Below are positions 39,801-49,221 of a stretch of 64,000 nt of DNA, piece after piece. Under the pieces are notes generated by a model. That model saw nothing but the letters and a program-made list of their open reading frames with translations. It was not told the DNA's origin and did not search any database. A program made the position numbers and the translations under genes. Location: IMG/VR virus record IMGVR_UViG_3300031867_000014, positions 1 through 64,000 of that record. One strand, 5' to 3'. Position 1 is the stretch's first letter. Each line of letters opens with the position of its first letter. The stretch is from a virus. Taxonomy: Duplodnaviria > Heunggongvirae > Uroviricota > Caudoviricetes.

Positions 39801-40762
39801 CGTTGATTAAAGCAGGCGCATTTGATCATTTTGATGAGCGTAAAAAAATTATGGCTCAATATCTATGGATGACTTGTGATAAAAAGAAGAGAATCACTCT
39901 TCAGAATATGGCAGGTTTAATTCGTAGAAATATGTTGCCAGCAGAATTAAATGATCAGCGTCGAGTATTTGAATTCAATAGATATCTCAAAGATCAATGT
40001 AAACACCCGATAGCACCAGGTGGATATCTATTGGACGAAAGAGCGATGGGGTTCTTGCAAACTTATGAGCGAGAGCTTGACATTGAAATCAAAGCGGGTG
40101 CATATTGGATTAATGAAAAAGTATGGGATAAAGAATATCAGCGGCAAATGGATAAAGTGCGCGAATGGATGAAAAATAATCAAGCAGAAGCACTTTATCA
40201 GTTAAACAAGACAATTTTCCAAGAAGATTGGAATAAATATGCAATGGGGAACTATTCGTCATGGGAAATGGAAGTTATGTGCTTCTATTATCATGAACAT
40301 GAATTAGCCAATGTGAATCGCACAAGATATGGCCTCAGTGATTATGCTCAGTTGCCAGAAGAACCAGTGGTGGAAACTCTATGGCGGAATCGTATTCCGA
40401 TTTATAGATTAAGTCGTATCGCAGGAACAGTGATTGCAAAGAATAAGATTAAATCTACCATTGATCTTTTGACAACATCCGGAGTTGTAACCGTGAAATT
40501 TTCAAAAGAGTTTTTCGCATTATTTGATCGTCAGATCAGTCAACGTGGCGCGGATGGTGTGAAACATGTGGTTGAAAAATCATGGTTCAATCGTGGAAGT
40601 ATGTTGGTCGTAACAGGTATGCGCCGTGGTGATGAATTTGTATCGAAGAAATATTCAGCGACTCCTGGACATCAGTTGTATAAAATTGATACGATATTTG
40701 CTAACGGCAACATAGCACTGAGAGCAGAAAGAGCACAGGGAGAAAGCGATGAAAGCGAGTAA
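36866..40762 (+). CDS. DNA polymerase III alpha subunit (PHP domain plus DnaE/PolC-type catalytic core)
   Basis: N-terminal PHP 'HNHTVYS...ITDHE'; 1298 aa. Confidence 0.85.
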   Translation: MLDMAFFNDHNHTVYSNLRLVDCINKPKDLIDRAIQLGLSGLAITDHEALCCHIEVNQYAKKIKEQHPDFKIALGNEIYLTDTREPRQQYYHFILIAKDALGHKALRILSSKAWYNTYYWVQERVPTLKSELEEVMKEYKGHVIATTACMGGEASSMLMREALAAKAGLQDEQAHAQLTKFIDWCIKVFGKEDFYIECAPSAYADQIECNHKLLRLAMSEDLKMIPGTDSHYLSKDLRFAHKAYLNSKDGEREVDEFYQYAYLMSEEEARNLLRLSFNDEAILDWLFENTQILQNSIEDYSLERPQQIPMVSINPPAPAAWWGVNNPYADDFGSDGCYKTLGSLFTSSEPQERQWVNDVWEALNEKIGFWGDHEDYVARLETEADVIKFIGERLGTCLFAYFNTFKHYIDLFWECGSIVGPGRGSATGFLSNYLLGITQLDPMKWNLPWWRFLNKERAELPDIDIDLAPSVRPEIFKRIREERGELGCVQVVTFGTEGTKSAIQTACRGYRYQDEDGKELYPDGIDNDIALYLSSLIPQERGFLWSLDDCIKGNADLGRRPVHTLIAELNKYPGLLEIIQNIEGVVKQRGIHASGTILYDANHIFDTAAIMRSKEGDLTTCYDLHMCEAAGDTKYDFLVTEVCDKMIQCLNLLKADGAVEDMSLRELYDKYLHPEVIDTTDPQIWEHLAAGDVLDVFQFNSGVGLAMAKAIKATNPLEMTAANAMMRLMSEPGMESQQDRYVRIRDGGLIQFDKEMHRAKLPEKMIAAMHKYCDTYYGCCAIQEQMMQILMDPDIASFSLKDANDARKIVAKKQMKRIPELRQKVYDAVGENADYIWEIAVRPQLGYAFSLNHSLPYSFVGIQTIILATKFSPVYWSTACLIVNSGAVDPDAGGQTNYGKIAKAVNDMKSRGIDIEPVDINTSNYEFTPNAEKNQVMFGMKGLLNVGDDIIAQIIEKRPYKSFLDFIGRVKITRQPMISLIKAGAFDHFDERKKIMAQYLWMTCDKKKRITLQNMAGLIRRNMLPAELNDQRRVFEFNRYLKDQCKHPIAPGGYLLDERAMGFLQTYERELDIEIKAGAYWINEKVWDKEYQRQMDKVREWMKNNQAEALYQLNKTIFQEDWNKYAMGNYSSWEMEVMCFYYHEHELANVNRTRYGLSDYAQLPEEPVVETLWRNRIPIYRLSRIAGTVIAKNKIKSTIDLLTTSGVVTVKFSKEFFALFDRQISQRGADGVKHVVEKSWFNRGSMLVVTGMRRGDEFVSKKYSATPGHQLYKIDTIFANGNIALRAERAQGESDESE

Positions 40763-41330
40763 AGTTATTGTGTGTCTTGTGGGCAAGAGTGGGTCAGGTA
40801 AAGACACTCTTGCTCGCAAACTCGCGGAACAGGTGGGTTGGAATAATGTAGTATCCTGCACGACCCGACCCAAGCGAGAATATGAAGTTGAAGGTAAAGA
40901 TTATTACTTTTTAACCGATGAAGAATTCGCGCAGAAAGTCTTGAATGGTGATATGTTAGAAGTAACATATTTTAATACTTGGCACTATGGAACAATGAAA
41001 TCTGCGCTAAGTAATGGAATCAATGTTGGTGTTTGGAATCCCGAAGGATATGATTGCTTGCGGGAAAGTGTAAAATATGATCCAGATATTAAGCTATTTG
41101 CTTATTATTTAAAGTGTGATGATAAAACTCGTCTACTACGACAGCTGAATCGAGAAGAACATCCAGATGTGCATGAAATTGTGCGCCGCTTCGGCACAGA
41201 CGAAGAAGATTTTGAATGGCTTGAGGATGATGATATTCCTATTTTATGGAATGAAGATATGACTAATATGCGCGTGAATGCTATCAATATTTCGACCGCA
41301 GTTAGTGAGTATTTGGACGATGTTGTTTAA
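40749..41330 (+). CDS. deoxynucleoside monophosphate kinase (T4 gp1-like P-loop kinase)
   Basis: 'VGKSGSGKDT' Walker A motif. Confidence 0.6.
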   Translation: MKASKVIVCLVGKSGSGKDTLARKLAEQVGWNNVVSCTTRPKREYEVEGKDYYFLTDEEFAQKVLNGDMLEVTYFNTWHYGTMKSALSNGINVGVWNPEGYDCLRESVKYDPDIKLFAYYLKCDDKTRLLRQLNREEHPDVHEIVRRFGTDEEDFEWLEDDDIPILWNEDMTNMRVNAINISTAVSEYLDDVV

Positions 41331-41377
41331 GCAATTTATCTCAACTACCATATATAGTATACGCCTATAAAGGGGGA

Positions 41378-43642
41378 TTGTATACCTTGATTACAAAACG
41401 TGATGGTCGAAAAGTAGAATTTGATGGCGACAAAATCCGCATCGCTGTGGCTCGCGCATACTGGGATCCAGAATATGCACCAGAAAAGCCATTCCCGCCA
41501 TATGTGGAAGATATTGTTACCTATATTGAAGAAGAGAATGAAGCTTATGATATTTCAGTAGAAGAAATCCAGGATATTGTTGAAGACTTTTTAATGAAAT
41601 ATGATCCAGCTACAGCTCGACGTTATATTCGTTATCGTTATAAGAAAGAAGTTATCCGCGAACAGAAGGATGATTTCTTTATGCGTTTGAAACCAAAAAT
41701 TGAAGCAACAGCAGTTCAGAATCAAAATGCCAATGTTGATGAATATTCATTTGGTGGGCGTAAAGGCGAAACTGATTCTGAGGTTATGAAAGAATATGCG
41801 CTAAAATTCTGTATGAGTGATATGGCGCGTAAGAATCATGAAGAAAACATGATTTATACTCATGATCTTGATGCATATGCTGTTGGTATGCATAATTGTT
41901 TAACTATTCCTTTTGATGACTTACTTGCAAAGGGATTTAATGTGCGACAAACTGATGTGCGGCCTGCGAATAGTGTAAATACCGCAATGCAGCTTGTGGC
42001 AGTTATTTTCCAGTTGCAGTCTTTGCAGCAGTTTGGTGGTGTAAGCGCCAGTCATTTAGACTGGACTATGGTACCATATGTGCGCAAATCTTTTTATAAA
42101 CATTATTGTGATGGATTAAAATATTTAATGGATATGGATGATGCATCTATTAATGATGATATTGATTTTCCATTCGCAAAAGATGTGAGTATTGATGATC
42201 GTAATGCGTATCATCGTGAAAAGCCTTATAAATATGCTTGGGATATGACCCGCAAAGAACTATTCCAAGCTGTTGAAGGAATGTATCATAATCTTAATAC
42301 TTTACAGAGCAGATCTGGTAATCAGCTGCCATTTACTTCAATTAACTATGGAACCTGCACATTAACGGAAGGTCGTTGGGTAATTGAAGCATTATTGCAG
42401 GGATCTATTAAGGGCGTAGGCAAATTACATCGTACACCTATTTTCCCGTGTGGTATTTTCCAGCTGATGAAAGGAGTTAATCGTGAACCAGGAGACCCAA
42501 ACTACGACATGTATCGTCTTGCGCTTGAATCCACAGCACGCAGACTTTATCCAAACTATGCAAACTGTGATTGGTCAGGCAATGCTGGTTTCGATCGACA
42601 AGATCCTTGCACCTATTTTAGTACTATGGGATGCCGGACTGCCAATGGAGCAGACATTAACGCTGAACCTGGAGTCAATCCACAACGTAAAGATGGACGA
42701 GGTAATCTCTGCCCGGTTACCATCATTCTCCCAACAATCGCAATGATGGCCAAGGAGGCCGTGGAGGCTGGCACGCGCGGGGACGATGACGGCAATTCAA
42801 AATCACTCTGGGAAATTTTCATGGCAATTCTTGATAAAAAGATCGTCGAAGCAAAAGATCAGCTTATTGAACGCTATGAATATATGTGTAAACAAGATCC
42901 ACGATCTGCACAGTTTATGTATGAAAATAATACTATGCTAGGTTATCATCCTGAACAAGGTATCCGTTCTGCTCTGCGACATGGAACATTGGTAATTGGT
43001 CAGCTGGGTCTTGCAGAAACTCTTGAGATTCTTGTCGGCACAAACCAGTGCCATCCAGAAGGCATGGAAGCTGCAAAGAAAATTGAGCAACTCTTTAAAG
43101 ATCGTTGCGCACAATTTAAGCAGGATTACAAATTAAACTTCGGCGTCTATTATACTCCTGCAGAAAATCTTTGCTATACTGCCATGAAGAAATTTAAGAA
43201 ACGCTATGGCTCAATTCCTCACGTATCGGATCATGAATACTTTACAAATTCTATTCATGTTCCAGTGTGGGAAAAGGTTGGCGTGCTTGATAAAATTGAT
43301 ATTGAATCACAATTAACTGGTTATAGTAATGCTGGTTGCATTACGTATGTTGAATTAGAGACTGGCATTGTAAATAACTTGGAAGCTATGGAACAAATTG
43401 TAAACTATGCTATGGATCATGATATTCCATATTTTGCAATCAATGTTCCAAATGATACTTGCCTGGAATGCGGCTATACCGGAGAATTTAATGATCGTTG
43501 TCCTCTCTGTCATAGTACCCATATCCAACAGTTACGTCGTGTAACTGGTTATCTTACAGGCAACTATAAGACAGCGTTCAACTGGGGAAAACAAAAAGAA
43601 GCAGAAGAACGTGTAAAGCATACGGGGAGGATGGATACATAA
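41378..43642 (+). CDS. nrdD: anaerobic ribonucleoside-triphosphate reductase
   Basis: C-terminal glycyl-radical 'RVTGYL' and CxxC..CxxC zinc ribbon; ATP-cone-like N-terminus. Confidence 0.85.
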   Translation: MYTLITKRDGRKVEFDGDKIRIAVARAYWDPEYAPEKPFPPYVEDIVTYIEEENEAYDISVEEIQDIVEDFLMKYDPATARRYIRYRYKKEVIREQKDDFFMRLKPKIEATAVQNQNANVDEYSFGGRKGETDSEVMKEYALKFCMSDMARKNHEENMIYTHDLDAYAVGMHNCLTIPFDDLLAKGFNVRQTDVRPANSVNTAMQLVAVIFQLQSLQQFGGVSASHLDWTMVPYVRKSFYKHYCDGLKYLMDMDDASINDDIDFPFAKDVSIDDRNAYHREKPYKYAWDMTRKELFQAVEGMYHNLNTLQSRSGNQLPFTSINYGTCTLTEGRWVIEALLQGSIKGVGKLHRTPIFPCGIFQLMKGVNREPGDPNYDMYRLALESTARRLYPNYANCDWSGNAGFDRQDPCTYFSTMGCRTANGADINAEPGVNPQRKDGRGNLCPVTIILPTIAMMAKEAVEAGTRGDDDGNSKSLWEIFMAILDKKIVEAKDQLIERYEYMCKQDPRSAQFMYENNTMLGYHPEQGIRSALRHGTLVIGQLGLAETLEILVGTNQCHPEGMEAAKKIEQLFKDRCAQFKQDYKLNFGVYYTPAENLCYTAMKKFKKRYGSIPHVSDHEYFTNSIHVPVWEKVGVLDKIDIESQLTGYSNAGCITYVELETGIVNNLEAMEQIVNYAMDHDIPYFAINVPNDTCLECGYTGEFNDRCPLCHSTHIQQLRRVTGYLTGNYKTAFNWGKQKEAEERVKHTGRMDT

Positions 43643-44178
43643 TGCGTTACGCCGGTATTATATATGATGATACCGCTGCGGCACCTGGCTTATGTTTATC
43701 TTTTTATACTCAGGGTTGTCCCATTCATTGTCCTGGATGTCACAACCCTGAGACCTGGGATGAAAATGGTGGACATGAATTCACCAGTCAAACTATTGAT
43801 AATATTATACACGGACTTACAAAAAATAATATTCAACGTAGTTTTGCTATCTTGGGTGGCGAGCCTTTGGCTCCATATAATTTATTTTTAACAGCCATGG
43901 TGGTATCGACAATTCGTGATCATTTGCCGCAAGTGCCTATTTGGATTTGGACAGGTTATACCATGGAAGAAGTTATACAGAATACAAGTTCACCACATTT
44001 AAGAGCGATTCTTTCTAAAGTGAATGTATTAGTAACTGGACCTTTCGTAGAAGCAGAACGTGATATAACTTTAAAATGGCGTGGTTCACGCAATCAAAAA
44101 GTATTCCGATTTGATGACACAAAAAATTTATGGTATAATATAGAAAATGAGGAAGAGGAGTTTAGAATAAATGTCTGA
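43642..44178 (+). CDS. nrdG: anaerobic RNR activating enzyme (radical SAM)
   Basis: 'GCPIHCPGC' cluster; coupled to nrdD. Confidence 0.8.
   Translation: MRYAGIIYDDTAAAPGLCLSFYTQGCPIHCPGCHNPETWDENGGHEFTSQTIDNIIHGLTKNNIQRSFAILGGEPLAPYNLFLTAMVVSTIRDHLPQVPIWIWTGYTMEEVIQNTSSPHLRAILSKVNVLVTGPFVEAERDITLKWRGSRNQKVFRFDDTKNLWYNIENEEEEFRINV
44110..44139 (+). promoter_or_regulatory. early promoter inside the 3' end of nrdG (TTGATG, 18 nt, TGgTATAAT)
   Basis: Family motif followed by 'ATAGAAAATGAGGAAGAGGAG'. Confidence 0.55.
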
Positions 44179-44632
44179 AACACAAGAACCTATTTTTATG
44201 GAACAAGATGAATATTTAGAGTATTTGCGTAATCAGATTAAAGGAAATCCCGAATTAGCATCTACTCCTATTGCTCAGCTAAATATGTATCAAATGAATA
44301 AAGATTTGGTCAAAGGTTTAAAACATATGAACAATATGGCCATTAATAAAGCCCTCGAAAAAGTTGCAGAATGGTTTAAACCTGAAATTTCTCATTATGC
44401 GCTACTTAATCATGAACATCATTATTTTACGATTTTTGAAGCTTCGGATCATATGAGCACTGAGTCATTTATTGCCGCACTTAAAGATATTCTTATGAAT
44501 TATTATGGCGATAATGATATTCGGGCGATTGATGTTCAAGACGATGGTGCAGTAGAAATTTGGGCTATGTGGGATCAAGAGCCTACAGTTGCTTATCTCT
44601 TTCCATATAGTCAAGGAGTTGTATATTATTAA
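44171..44632 (+). CDS. hypothetical protein
   Basis: 153 aa ORF. Confidence 0.5.
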   Translation: MSETQEPIFMEQDEYLEYLRNQIKGNPELASTPIAQLNMYQMNKDLVKGLKHMNNMAINKALEKVAEWFKPEISHYALLNHEHHYFTIFEASDHMSTESFIAALKDILMNYYGDNDIRAIDVQDDGAVEIWAMWDQEPTVAYLFPYSQGVVYY

Positions 44633-44895
44633 TGGATAAAATTGGATATTTAGATTTTAGTGTGGTTAATCCAACTTTGTTCACTTTCGTTGATGACAGC
44701 GGAACTGAGCATAGATATGAGTTTGAAGTACAAGAGCCACAAGATTGTATTAAGACAGTTGCGACATTAATTCAGCAACATGGTCTTACTAAAGTAGTAT
44801 GCAATAAAATTGGTTATGGTCTGTGCGGTAGTATTTCACAGCATCTAAGAACCGTTTATGGTAATACTAATTGTTTCTTTGAATTAAACGATTAA
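44632..44895 (+). CDS. hypothetical protein
   Basis: 87 aa ORF, coupled. Confidence 0.45.
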   Translation: MDKIGYLDFSVVNPTLFTFVDDSGTEHRYEFEVQEPQDCIKTVATLIQQHGLTKVVCNKIGYGLCGSISQHLRTVYGNTNCFFELND

Positions 44896-44906
44896 GGAGA
44901 AAATAT

Positions 44907-45140
44907 ATGGCGCGTTATCTATTGAATGTTGTTGAAACTTATCGAGTCCCTACTGTAAATGAGGCACTTGAAATGCGTGATGAAATGAATAGTGCGGCAG
45001 AATATGAGCTACAGTCTTTTCAGTACACCACGAAATTTAATAAGAAAACTGAAGAAGAATATCAGATTGTAAAGGTTAAGAAAGTTATCAATACTGAGAA
45101 AGATCCAGTTTCTGGAGTGCAGGTGCATTATGAGTATTAA
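44907..45140 (+). CDS. hypothetical protein
   Basis: 77 aa ORF with RBS AAGGAGAA. Confidence 0.45.
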   Translation: MARYLLNVVETYRVPTVNEALEMRDEMNSAAEYELQSFQYTTKFNKKTEEEYQIVKVKKVINTEKDPVSGVQVHYEY

Positions 45141-45732
45141 GGCTGGATTTGAAAAGATTAGTAAATATGCTGATGATCCGGGAGTAATTATTCCATATAG
45201 AAAGACTAAAAATTCTGCGGGTTATGATTTCTATGTGGCCGAAGATACAGTAATTCCCGCTTATGAAAGTTATATTCTTAAAGATTTCGAGAATGAACTC
45301 GCGGGGGATCTTACTGAATATTATCATAGTTTTGAAGAGTTTTTAAAGACTACTCCATATGATTTAGGAACGGTGGCATTATTTACCAAGAAGTATAAAA
45401 AGAAAACTACATTGGTTCCAACAGGTGTAAAGGCTTATATGCCGGAAGGTTACTACCTACAGTTGAGTATGCGATCAAGTCTTCCTCATAAGCACTGGAT
45501 TATGATCGCTAATGCACCTGGAATTATTGATGCAGATTATTATAATAATCCTGATAACGAAGGCCATATTTACTTCCAGCTCGTAAACTTCCTACCGTTT
45601 GATGTAGAATTACGCAAAGGCGATTGTATCGGTCAAGGCATTTTCTTACCTTATGGCGTAATTGAAAATGATAGCGCGGAAGGCGATCGTGAAGGCGGGT
45701 TTGGCTCTACCGATGAAAATCCTAGCACTTGA
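45130..45732 (+). CDS. dUTPase/dCTP-deaminase family protein
   Basis: 'NSAGYD' and 'GIIDADY' dUTPase-fold motifs. Confidence 0.7.
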   Translation: MSIKAGFEKISKYADDPGVIIPYRKTKNSAGYDFYVAEDTVIPAYESYILKDFENELAGDLTEYYHSFEEFLKTTPYDLGTVALFTKKYKKKTTLVPTGVKAYMPEGYYLQLSMRSSLPHKHWIMIANAPGIIDADYYNNPDNEGHIYFQLVNFLPFDVELRKGDCIGQGIFLPYGVIENDSAEGDREGGFGSTDENPST

Positions 45733-46198
45733 TTAGGCCACCTAGACCACTGGGTGGTCTACTTGGATTGATGGAGCCTTGACCGATTTCGGCAAATTTA
45801 CATATGATGATGCCGATATACATAAGCGCATACATAAAGTATGCACTTAGATTGAAATACTTTTACTTCAATAGAAACCAGATAAATTGGTTCTTGAAGA
45901 TATACAAATGCAAATTAATAATGTAGCGACATTTTAGAAGCTAGCCTGGCTTCAAGGTGCTATTATTGAGACTTGCTGGAAACTCGGATTGCCTGTGGAA
46001 CTGAGCCGCCCCTCTGAATGGCGTGCGGCATGTAATCTCTTGAAAGGTCAAGATAAGCACCGAGACAACCAAAAGAAAGTTGCTCAAGAGTGGGTCATGA
46101 AGAAGTTTGGGAAGAAATGCACACAAGATGAAGCAGATGCAATTTGCATTGGTTACGCGGCAAGTCTTGCCGAAGATAATGAAATGAATTGGGAGTGA
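45713..46198 (+). CDS. ruvC: RuvC-family Holliday junction resolvase; 5 in-frame TAG codons (45734, 45743, 45848, 45872, 45935)
   Basis: ATG 45713 overlaps the dUTPase-family gene end. The translation 'MKILALDQATQTTGWS...LVLEDIQ...DEADAICIG' has the RuvC N-terminal, central and C-terminal acidic motifs, with Q at each TAG. The ORF caller found only the C-terminal 69 aa. Confidence 0.75.
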
Positions 46199-46203
46199 GT
46201 ATT

Positions 46204-46617
46204 GTGGAGTGGGCAACTATTATTAGTGAAATCTTTACAGTAGTCTTGATCCCTCTTCTTGGTATTGTAACTAAATATTTTATTCAGTTTATCAATATCA
46301 AAGCCGCAGAACTTAAGCAGAAGAAAGAAGATGCACTTTATCAAAAGTATATCGACATGCTTAATACTACAATTGTAAATGCGGTAACCACTACTACACA
46401 GACGTATGTGAATTCTTTGAAGTCACAAGGTAAGTTTGATGCTGAAGCACAAGCAGAAGCTTTTAATAAGACTTATCAGTCCGTTATTTCGGTATTGGGC
46501 GAAGAGGCTCAGACATATCTCAGCAGCGCGATTGGCGATTTAAATGAGTATATCCGTACTGCTATTGAACGTCAAGTGCTCGTTGATAAGTTAATTCCGT
46601 CAACTACAAATGGGTAA
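46204..46617 (+). CDS. holin-like membrane protein (N-terminal TM segment, charged C-terminus)
   Basis: GTG 46204 with RBS GGGAG; start uncertain (ORF 46189..46617). Confidence 0.45.
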   Translation: MEWATIISEIFTVVLIPLLGIVTKYFIQFINIKAAELKQKKEDALYQKYIDMLNTTIVNAVTTTTQTYVNSLKSQGKFDAEAQAEAFNKTYQSVISVLGEEAQTYLSSAIGDLNEYIRTAIERQVLVDKLIPSTTNG

Positions 46618-46662
46618 AAAAAAATTTGGGGCGACTCATTAAGAGTCGCCCCATTTTTTTTA
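46618..46662. terminator. bidirectional intrinsic terminator between convergent transcription units
   Basis: A-run, then ggggcgactc-atta-agagtcgcccc, then a T-run. Confidence 0.75.
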
Positions 46663-47232
46663 TTTCTCTTCAGAATGATCATGTAAAGGAAGTGCACGAA
46701 TACGCTCATCCCAAACATCCATGTGGCCATTGCCACCAAGATTATGATAAAGAGTTAAACGTTCATTATATTGCATTAATTCAATCGGAGTTATATAACC
46801 ACGCTCTATATAAACTTTACATGCCGCAATAAGATTTTGTAAATGTAAATCGAGAACACCACGTTGTAACAAACGTGCGTCTTTTTTACTGTCTTTCATT
46901 TCATCTCGGATTTCTTTAACTGATAACTAAAGATCTTTTACAGTAAGTAAGATTTCATTATCAATCTTAGTGCTGGCTGCTTCTGCTTGCTCAAATTTTT
47001 TATCAATTGCTTCATTCATGGTTTTGATTTGACAAGCACATTTTTCAGCCATAACATCTGATTCACGTGCCATGTCATCCCACTCCTTTTGCTTACGAGT
47101 TTTTGCTCCTAATTGTTGATCTCTTTTTTTAGGATCAATTACTCGTTTTACAATCCAACCAATGAGGCCAGCGGCTAATACCGGAATGCCCCACTTTACT
47201 AAGGTTTCTAAGACCAAAGCCCAAGTCACCAT
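46660..47232 (-). CDS. membrane protein (N-terminal TM; candidate spanin or holin-associated); 1 in-frame TAG (46927)
   Basis: ORFs 46927..47232 and 46660..46899 are in frame across a TAG. Confidence 0.55.
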
Positions 47233-47255
47233 TGGAAACTCCTCCTTTACAGTTA

Positions 47256-47462
47256 TTAGCCTAGGACTTCATCGTCTTCATCGTTAGACTCACAACTGTC
47301 ATTAGATGCGAGTTCCGCGATTGCTTTATAATTTTCTGCAATCTTTTTGTAGTTTTCTACACCGGCTTTTGCAGTATATCCGAGACGCAATGATACATAA
47401 GCTGTCGTAAGATATGCAAAAATATTTTGGGCAAAAGCACCAAGCTCAGGTCTCAATAACAA
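47256..47462 (-). CDS. holin-like small membrane protein
   Basis: Hydrophobic N-terminal half and acidic C-terminus; start uncertain and may extend upstream. Confidence 0.4.
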   Translation of the reverse strand: MLLRPELGAFAQNIFAYLTTAYVSLRLGYTAKAGVENYKKIAENYKAIAELASNDSCESNDEDDEVLG

Positions 47463-47532
47463 AATAATAAGTAAAACAAGCGAAAGAAAAACCCACGTAA
47501 TTACATCAATTATCGTGAGTTTTTTACTAAAT

Positions 47533-49221
47533 TCAAGAGGCTACTTTCGCTTTTGCTAAGAGCGACGCTAAGACTTTTGCTTGCGCTTCGCTGTCGCATT
47601 CGATTCTGACATAATATTTATTGTTGTTCTCTGAGCCATCTACTTTTACCAAATATGTATTTTTCATATAGCCGGACTTTCCGTTCCAGGTGATAGCTGA
47701 CCATTCGCCTTCAACAGCGGTTACATCTACGATCTGTCCGAATTTTACTGTCGTAACAATGCTAGTAGAAGTACTAGGACCGCTACGCATATTCACAGTA
47801 GAGCCAGAAGTTCCGGTTACTTTAGCTTGATAAGCCACCTTAATCACCTCAGGTTCATTCTCCTGATCTCCTTCTTGTGGATCAGGTTCTGTTGATGGAG
47901 TCTCTACTCCAGATTTTTCATATAGTAATTTTTCTGTCGCGGTATCTACAATACCATTTGCAGTAAGACCATTTTTAGTTTGGAAACTAATTAAAGCTTT
48001 TTCAGTTTCGGCGCCGAAATCACTATCAGCTCCATATTTAGGCAAGGTCTCACCAACTTTTAACAACATTTCTTGTAATAATTTAACACTCGCACCGTAG
48101 GCTCCACGTTTTAAATTAGAAATGGTAATCACAATATTAGCACCATTATCATATAAACCCGCTGGAATACCCCAATGGGTCCAACGTCCATATGCTTTAA
48201 TAGTGCTTTTTACCACACCAATTTTACTGCCTGCGGCATGAATAAATGTTTGACCATCACCTAAATATAAACCAGTATGGCCCATTTTTCCAGTTGATGC
48301 ATCTTTGCGATAAAGGCAGCACACTTTATCTGCTGGCAATGTATCAATTGTACCTTTGACTTCAAATTTCGTTTTGTTCCATTGAGAAGTTGCACCAGAA
48401 ACCATTTGAATACCAACCTATTTCATAGCTTGTTGGACAAATCCTTGACAGTCAAATACTTGTTTGCCAATCCATTTACTAACAATAGATGGGTCCACAT
48501 GATCTGGATATTGATTATGTTTAGAATTAATTAAGGCTTGCGTACACGTTTGACCTGCTGTGCCCCAAATATAACCACATTGTGGATCTAATTTCGAGTA
48601 GGCCCAGTCCACAACTACCTGAGCTTTTGTTTTTTCAGCCACAGGAACCACTTCCTTTTCGGTGCCGTAATTGCTACGGACTTCTGTGCCGGGGTAATAA
48701 AACGCCAAGATTTCTTTATAATTAAAACCTTGTTTTGCCATTTCTTTCGCGCCAGTCTAGGACATGCCGACCCCATGTCCATTTTTTGTCTTGGTATCAT
48801 AAGGGTCATCTTTTGAAATAAGATAACCTCTTACACCGCCCCATACTTCTTGTGAAGAACGAATACGTCCACCATTTGATGCGCTATACACGCAAGTTCC
48901 GCACAAACCGTTATTGTAATATAAGACTTCCCCTTTTGTCTCTTCTACAGCTTGCATTGCATTAGGATATGAAGAGGAAATTCTAGACGCACGGAACGCT
49001 TGATCAATAGAACTTTTATCTGTAATATACCCTTTTCCTTTTGATCTTGATAATGCGAATGTACGAGCTGCTACTGCTTGTGCTTTGCATGCCTCAAGAA
49101 GAGAATTACCAATTTCACTTGGTACTACACCCTTACAATATTCTTCCATATCTAAAAGGACTTCTTCAGCACCATACTTGGTTAAATTCTCTTCTCGAGA
49201 TAATTTTACCTTAATCTGCAT
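47533..49221 (-). CDS. multidomain cell-wall hydrolase: SpoIID/LytB domain, NlpC/P60 peptidase, PG-binding domain and SH3; 2 in-frame TAG codons (48757, 48418)
   Basis: Three ORFs are in frame across TAGs. The first TAG sits exactly where the SpoIID family has Gln ('GHGVGMS-Q-TGAKEMA'). The NlpC/P60 Cys motif 'FDCQGFV' and His motif 'HTGLYLGDGQTFIHAAG' span the second TAG. Ends with TGA. Confidence 0.85.

Noticed and set aside
2144-44139. The 17 repeated 40 nt elements as a CRISPR array or MITE-like mobile repeats
   Set aside because: Spacing is irregular (0.3-9 kb) and every copy sits directly upstream of a gene start on the + strand. Each has recognisable -35, -10 and RBS geometry. They are promoters, not CRISPR repeats or transposable elements.
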